Below, piece by piece: positions 59,171-64,000 of a DNA stretch of 64,000 nucleotides. The first letter of the stretch is position 1; each line of letters begins with the position of its first letter. The DNA comes from a virus, in the IMG/VR virus record IMGVR_UViG_3300023276_000007, positions 42,766 to 106,765 of that record. One strand, 5' to 3'. The notes below the pieces were generated by a model that ran no database searches, was not told the DNA's origin, and saw only the letters and a program-made list of their open reading frames with translations. The translations under genes and the position numbers were made by a program.

Positions 59171-60286
59171 ATGAAAATAGCACATCTAGGTGATGGCCAC
59201 CTAGGTAAGCGTCAGTATGGCTTGAAAGCACGAGAAGAAGACTCTCGTAAAGCTGTGACCGCTTGCTTTAATAAGGCCATCGCTAATAAATGCGATGTCA
59301 TTATAATACCTGGCGATATGTTTGACGTCTCCACTCAAAAGAGTGCGGCAGACTTACTACATCTCGCAAGGCTAGTGGACGAGGCTAAGAAAGCTCGCAT
59401 CCGCGTAATAGGTATCGACGGTAACCACGATAACGTAGATGTATCATGGCTGGCGGTATGTGGGGTAGAACTATTCCACGAACACGAAGTTATCACCATA
59501 GATGGTATATCCTTCTACGGCATAAATAATTGCAGGCCTAACCAATTCAAGGAAAGGCTTACAGCAGCAGTCGACTCGTTCATAACACAAGGGCAGGCTG
59601 TCGACGTCTTAATCATACATCAGGCATTAGCTGAGATGTGTGGTTTCGCAGGAGTAGACCTTACTGCCGAGTGGATATCTGAACAAGTTGCTATGATGGG
59701 TACTCGGTATGTTGCCATGGGTGATATACATGATTACTCTGAAGGTGTCTTCAATGAAGTACTATTCTGCTACCCAGGCTCTTGCGAGATGACCGCCCTA
59801 GGCGAACGTCGCGAGAAGTATTGGGTAGAGGCTGACATTGAAGAAGGCATTGCACTTCCCAAGTTAACCAAAAGAGAAATCCCCGTAAGAAAGATAAAAG
59901 AGTATATCCTAGGCACACAAGATGACATCACACAGATGATCAAAGAAGTGTCCAAGGAATATAAGAACCATCTAGTTATCGCTAGGGTGTCTACGGATAT
60001 CCTTGACGGTATGAAGATAGTTCATAACCTTTCTCACGATCTAAACGTTATGATGAGGATCATGCCGTTTAAGGATGACGATACAGAAGGTCAAGATAAA
60101 CTCGCCAACGCTATGCAGGTTCCTGTGTGGGAACGATCTGAAACAACGTCCGGAGTAGTGGAGGCTATAGAGAAATACTATACACCAGAGTCCGACGAGC
60201 ATCAGATGATAACGTCAATGCTGAGTAATCCTCAGTCAACAACCCTAATATGTCAAGGATTTCTAGATGATAGTAACAAGGCTTGA
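59171..60286 (+). CDS. sbcD: SbcD/Mre11 nuclease
   Basis: HLGDGHLG, GDMFD, GNHD, HQ, GDIH and YPGS metallophosphoesterase motifs. Confidence 0.92.
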   Translation: MKIAHLGDGHLGKRQYGLKAREEDSRKAVTACFNKAIANKCDVIIIPGDMFDVSTQKSAADLLHLARLVDEAKKARIRVIGIDGNHDNVDVSWLAVCGVELFHEHEVITIDGISFYGINNCRPNQFKERLTAAVDSFITQGQAVDVLIIHQALAEMCGFAGVDLTAEWISEQVAMMGTRYVAMGDIHDYSEGVFNEVLFCYPGSCEMTALGERREKYWVEADIEEGIALPKLTKREIPVRKIKEYILGTQDDITQMIKEVSKEYKNHLVIARVSTDILDGMKIVHNLSHDLNVMMRIMPFKDDDTEGQDKLANAMQVPVWERSETTSGVVEAIEKYYTPESDEHQMITSMLSNPQSTTLICQGFLDDSNKA

Positions 60287-62495
60287 AGCGAAGAATTATC
60301 GCCAACACCCTACTATTGATGCTGACTTCGATGGGCAGCTTGTAGGGTTAATAGGTGAAAATGGTACTGGTAAGTCTAACTTCTTGAAAGCTATACGTTA
60401 TGGCTTTATAGGAACAGACTCCGGAGAAACTAAACATCCTGTAACCAAAAGACTACCGTATATACGGTGGGGTGAGGAAAGTGGCTTCGTTAAGATTCAC
60501 TTTACCCATAAAGGTAAACCAGGAGAAATATGTAGGACCTTTACTCATAAGAAGACCGATGCCTCGTTTAGCTACGACGGTATGGAGTGTGAGGGAACTA
60601 CTAACGTTAATAACGCGGTCTCAGAACAGCTGGGTATGGAGAAAGAAGTAGCCAGACAGGCTGTATTCGTAGGACAGGATGAGCTAGACTCTATTCTGTT
60701 CACTGACCCAAGAGTACGTAAACTTGCGTGGCAGAAGCTATGTGGTATAGGTCAGGTGAATAACATTCACACTAAAATGGGTGATGTGTTAAAAAGCCTA
60801 CCTCCTGTACAAGATTACGACGGACAGATACGAGATGCAGAGTTTCAGCTAACAGATCTTGAAGAAGAGCTTAAGACTAAGACTGCTACTCTCGAAGAAG
60901 CTAAGAAGGAACTTCCTAAGGAGAACAACTTAGAAAAGCAAGCTGAAGACCTACGAAAGATGCAGGTGCTGCAAAGAGATTCGCTATCCCTTAAGGCAGA
61001 TGTTGATAACCGTGAACGTACACTTGCTCTAGAAGAAGTTAACTTAGTAGAGCTTGAGAAGAAAGCCTATGACTCCGATACTGCCACAAAGCAGTTAGAG
61101 GAGTTTCGGGAAACTAAACAAAAGCTTGAAGCAGCTAAGAAAGCCGTCGATACTGTCGAAGCTATTAAAAATAGCATCACAAACTCACAGGATTCAGTAA
61201 CTAAGACAACCGCAGCCCTGCAAGGGGTTAGAAGTGAGCAGGAACTTAACGCAGAACTTGTTAAGGTTAAATCTTTACAAGAAGAAGCCTCTAAGCTCGC
61301 TGGTACTGGACGTATGTATACAAAGCTATCCGAAGCTCTAACAAGCGAGGAAGCGGCGGATATGGACTCCTGTAGTCTTTGTGGTCAAGGTATCGCAGAC
61401 CCTGAGATGGTTAAAAGACATGTAGCTGAACAAAGTACGGCAATACATAGTCAGATAGCCGAGAAGTCTGTTGCTGCCGACGATAGTGTAATTCAAAATG
61501 AGTTAACCCATCGACGGAACCTTGAAAGAGAGTTAGCGCTAAGTACAGAACGCCTTAACGGGTTTAACAACCAACTTAAGGAATGGGAGTCTAGCGACAC
61601 TAACTACGACTATGCAATCTATATGGATACCATCGCTAAGATGTCATTCATAGAGTCGGAGCTTGATCAAGCCAAGCGCCACGTAGCAAACGTTATTAAA
61701 CTAAGGGAGTCGGTAAGACTTAACAAAGAATCAAGACAGGTATCATCAGATAAGCTGGCTAAGTTGATTTCAGAAGCTCAAGAGCTTATGCGATCTGCAG
61801 GCATTACGCCTATGTCCTTAGACCAGCAACTCGCTGAGGTACTTGCTGAACAACAAAGAGTACGTGGTATAGAAGTTAAGGTAGCAACCCTCACAGGTGA
61901 AGTTACCCAGCTTACTAATAATATAGCTACTCTAAAAGGTACAATCGAAAGTATTGAAACGAAACGTGAGTCACAGAGTGATGTGCTTGCTAAACGTGAG
62001 GTGCTTGAGAATGTACGGGACTGGTTCCATTATAATAAAGGACCCAGTATAATAATAAATAATCTACTCGATGAGATTACTGTGGCTGTTAATGACTTCC
62101 TATCGAAGTTTGACAGTCTCTTCAGTGTAGTTCCAAACTATAGTAGTATGTCATTTAATTACTACTATCATGATCCGGAAATACCTATTGACGACCCCTA
62201 TCCCCACTGTGCAGAGATGTCTGGTGGAGAGAAGGTCGTATTGGCCGTAGCCTTTCGGCTGGCCACGTATGCAATGTTTGCACAACGTGTAGGGCTCTTA
62301 GTCCTAGACGAACCGAGCGTGTACCTTGATTCCAAGAACGTAGGGAAACTAGGTACACTGCTTTATAGTATTAAGTCATTAGCGAAGAATCTAGGGTTAC
62401 AGGTATTTATATCTACCCATGAGGAAAGCTTAATGAATCACTTCGATAAAATCGTTAATTTTGGAACAAAAAACAAGGAACAAGAAAATGGGTAG
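60267..62495 (+). CDS. sbcC: SbcC/Rad50 ATPase
   Basis: Walker A GENGTGKS, Q-loop, CSLC zinc hook within the coiled coil, signature MSGGE, Walker B LVLDEP, H-loop STH. Confidence 0.93.
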   Translation: MIVTRLEAKNYRQHPTIDADFDGQLVGLIGENGTGKSNFLKAIRYGFIGTDSGETKHPVTKRLPYIRWGEESGFVKIHFTHKGKPGEICRTFTHKKTDASFSYDGMECEGTTNVNNAVSEQLGMEKEVARQAVFVGQDELDSILFTDPRVRKLAWQKLCGIGQVNNIHTKMGDVLKSLPPVQDYDGQIRDAEFQLTDLEEELKTKTATLEEAKKELPKENNLEKQAEDLRKMQVLQRDSLSLKADVDNRERTLALEEVNLVELEKKAYDSDTATKQLEEFRETKQKLEAAKKAVDTVEAIKNSITNSQDSVTKTTAALQGVRSEQELNAELVKVKSLQEEASKLAGTGRMYTKLSEALTSEEAADMDSCSLCGQGIADPEMVKRHVAEQSTAIHSQIAEKSVAADDSVIQNELTHRRNLERELALSTERLNGFNNQLKEWESSDTNYDYAIYMDTIAKMSFIESELDQAKRHVANVIKLRESVRLNKESRQVSSDKLAKLISEAQELMRSAGITPMSLDQQLAEVLAEQQRVRGIEVKVATLTGEVTQLTNNIATLKGTIESIETKRESQSDVLAKREVLENVRDWFHYNKGPSIIINNLLDEITVAVNDFLSKFDSLFSVVPNYSSMSFNYYYHDPEIPIDDPYPHCAEMSGGEKVVLAVAFRLATYAMFAQRVGLLVLDEPSVYLDSKNVGKLGTLLYSIKSLAKNLGLQVFISTHEESLMNHFDKIVNFGTKNKEQENG

Positions 62496-62811
62496 AAAAG
62501 CCAAAGAAGTATTACCAAAAGGTATGTTCGCAATCAACATCATGGGTAAGAAAGGTTACGATAGCGTAACAGGTACGAAGTCCAACATAAAGGACCGTAT
62601 TCGTGCAGAAGTCGGTGGTGGAAGCTACGTCAACAACGACGGAGAAGAAATTAGCGCATCGGGCGGTAAGTGGGTCCGTGTAACTAAGGGCGGCAAGCAA
62701 ACCGCTATTTACCAGGACGTTAAAGAGCTGGATGATGCTGCGTTTAAGCAGATCTTCAAAGGCGACGATGTTCTATTGATGGCAACCATCAAAGGTGGGG
62801 CATCAGCCTAA
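62488..62811 (+). CDS. Hypothetical basic protein
   Basis: ATG 62488 with AAGGA SD. Confidence 0.55.
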   Translation: MGRKAKEVLPKGMFAINIMGKKGYDSVTGTKSNIKDRIRAEVGGGSYVNNDGEEISASGGKWVRVTKGGKQTAIYQDVKELDDAAFKQIFKGDDVLLMATIKGGASA

Positions 62812-62840
62812 CCGAAGCACTCGACCGCGCTCAAAAGTAC

Positions 62841-63269
62841 TTGATCTTAGATCCGACCGTAGAGCGCGGTTGTTTTATTACGAATGAGTTTGAACTCATT
62901 CCATTTGATAATGTTAGCAAGCGACCAGTATCCCTGATAGAAGCATCTCCAGAAGACTGGATGAAGCTTGCTGATCTTATTATGGAAGATAATCTTTATG
63001 GGTGGGTACATAGCCATCCACACTCCTTGGCGATCCCGTCACGGACAGATATAGACTTCCACCAATTTCCCTGCAACATGATAATTTATTCAGTGCCCCG
63101 AAACCACTTTACGGAGTGGACTGTGGGCGATCTGGATAAGCTTGATGCTGGGCACTATATAAACTCAAAAGAAGAATATAAGGAGAAAATAATCCATGGA
63201 GAACTCAAGAATGAGCGTATGGGTGCTTACCTACCACGCCGTTGTGAACTGCCCGGAATGCGAAAGTAG
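62841..63269 (+). CDS. JAB/MPN+ (Mov34) metallo-isopeptidase
   Basis: N-terminal E (VERG) and HSHP…PS..D motif; start uncertain (TTG). Confidence 0.8.
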   Translation: MILDPTVERGCFITNEFELIPFDNVSKRPVSLIEASPEDWMKLADLIMEDNLYGWVHSHPHSLAIPSRTDIDFHQFPCNMIIYSVPRNHFTEWTVGDLDKLDAGHYINSKEEYKEKIIHGELKNERMGAYLPRRCELPGMRK

Positions 63270-63639
63270 TCAAACCTACCCAGTCGCAGAACCGGTCCAC
63301 ACTGAAATAAACATGCCTTGGGACAGAAAATTCCAAAGAACGTACAATAGAGTTCAGGACACTCGTCGATACACTATTAGCATACAGTGTAAGGACTGTG
63401 AAGAGGACGTTACTAGGTTCACACGCTACGAGCCAATAGAAACTAAGGTTAAACTTAACCTAGAATCTATAGAGAAAGGCATTATGGACCTAGCCAAAAA
63501 GGCGGTAACTAATGTTACAAAAAGATCGTCAAATGGTACAGGCCGCGCCTCGGTAGATAAACGGGCATTAGCCTCAGACTCTCCCGGCCCGCAACGGATC
63601 GAGATAGCCGCTAGAGTTATCGAGGTCGATCATGCATAA
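63196..63639 (+). CDS. Zinc-ribbon protein, paralogue A
   Basis: CPEC…CKDC followed by KLNLESIEK…KRSS. Confidence 0.6.
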   Translation: MENSRMSVWVLTYHAVVNCPECESSQTYPVAEPVHTEINMPWDRKFQRTYNRVQDTRRYTISIQCKDCEEDVTRFTRYEPIETKVKLNLESIEKGIMDLAKKAVTNVTKRSSNGTGRASVDKRALASDSPGPQRIEIAARVIEVDHA

Positions 63640-64000
63640 CACGGTATTCGAGCTATGGCGAGAACGGACGGGTTGTCGGGTTACTTGTCCAGAGTGCAAA
63701 AAGACGGAGACTCGCGTCAATTGGTGGCAGTTCAGAAAGTTCTGGCGCAAGAATGACCTCTTTGAGTGTAAAGACTGTGAAGGTGTCTTTGGGACCCAAG
63801 AGTATTTGGTAACCCCTGTAAAGGTTATAGTCAATCTAGAAGGTCTAGAGAAGACTGTGAACTACCTAGTAAGCGCTGCCCTGAATAACGCCAGCAAACG
63901 ATCTACTTCTTTAGTAGGTACCGCGAAGGTTGTGAAGCCTAGCCGCGACGAAGTACCTCAAGAAGAACAATCACTAGAATTAAACGTAAGAATAAAATAA
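63632..64000 (+). CDS. Zinc-ribbon protein, paralogue B
   Basis: CPEC…CKDC followed by IVNLEGLEK…KRST. Confidence 0.6.
   Translation: MHNTVFELWRERTGCRVTCPECKKTETRVNWWQFRKFWRKNDLFECKDCEGVFGTQEYLVTPVKVIVNLEGLEKTVNYLVSAALNNASKRSTSLVGTAKVVKPSRDEVPQEEQSLELNVRIK

Noticed and set aside
52225-59171. T4 late-promoter consensus TATAAATA at 52225 and 59164
   Set aside because: I noticed only isolated AT-rich matches, none upstream of structural genes, and the encoded sigma is not gp55-like.
1-64000. CRISPR arrays, tRNA, rRNA, introns, inteins, IS elements
   Set aside because: Intergenic gaps are short and I saw no spaced direct repeats, cloverleafs, or transposase/homing-endonuclease motifs. A tRNAscan/Infernal run would be needed to exclude these formally.

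Overview
This window is part of a large (jumbo-type) contractile-tailed phage genome. It is gene-dense, uses the standard code, and all credible genes lie on the + strand. 1-20.5 kb is the tail core: a 5'-truncated giant sheath, tube, gp5/VgrG-like spike, a tail-chaperone pair with a clear -1 frameshift signal, probable tape measure, hub, gp25-like and J-like wedge proteins, and an embedded sigma-70-family sigma factor. 20.5-27.7 kb holds five tandem Cys-rich paralogues and a repeat fibre. 28.2-37.3 kb is the most striking part. Poly-Thr (mucin-like), cadherin-like fibre genes, whose domains are split across gene boundaries in a way that suggests head-to-tail strand-complementation assembly, are directly followed by APS kinase (CysC), a sulfotransferase and a glycosyltransferase with polypeptide-GalNAc-transferase motifs. 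Together these form a candidate phage-encoded 'sulfo-mucin' virion decoration system. 37.3-51.7 kb has further fibres, glycine-zipper and KxA-rich putative head proteins, five LamG-like modules, a holin-like gene and a stand-alone receiver domain. 51.7-64 kb is an early/DNA-metabolism-type region (DUF932, YfaP-like, metallopeptidase, SbcD/SbcC, JAB, zinc ribbons). All calls come from motif recognition by eye; no database searches were run.
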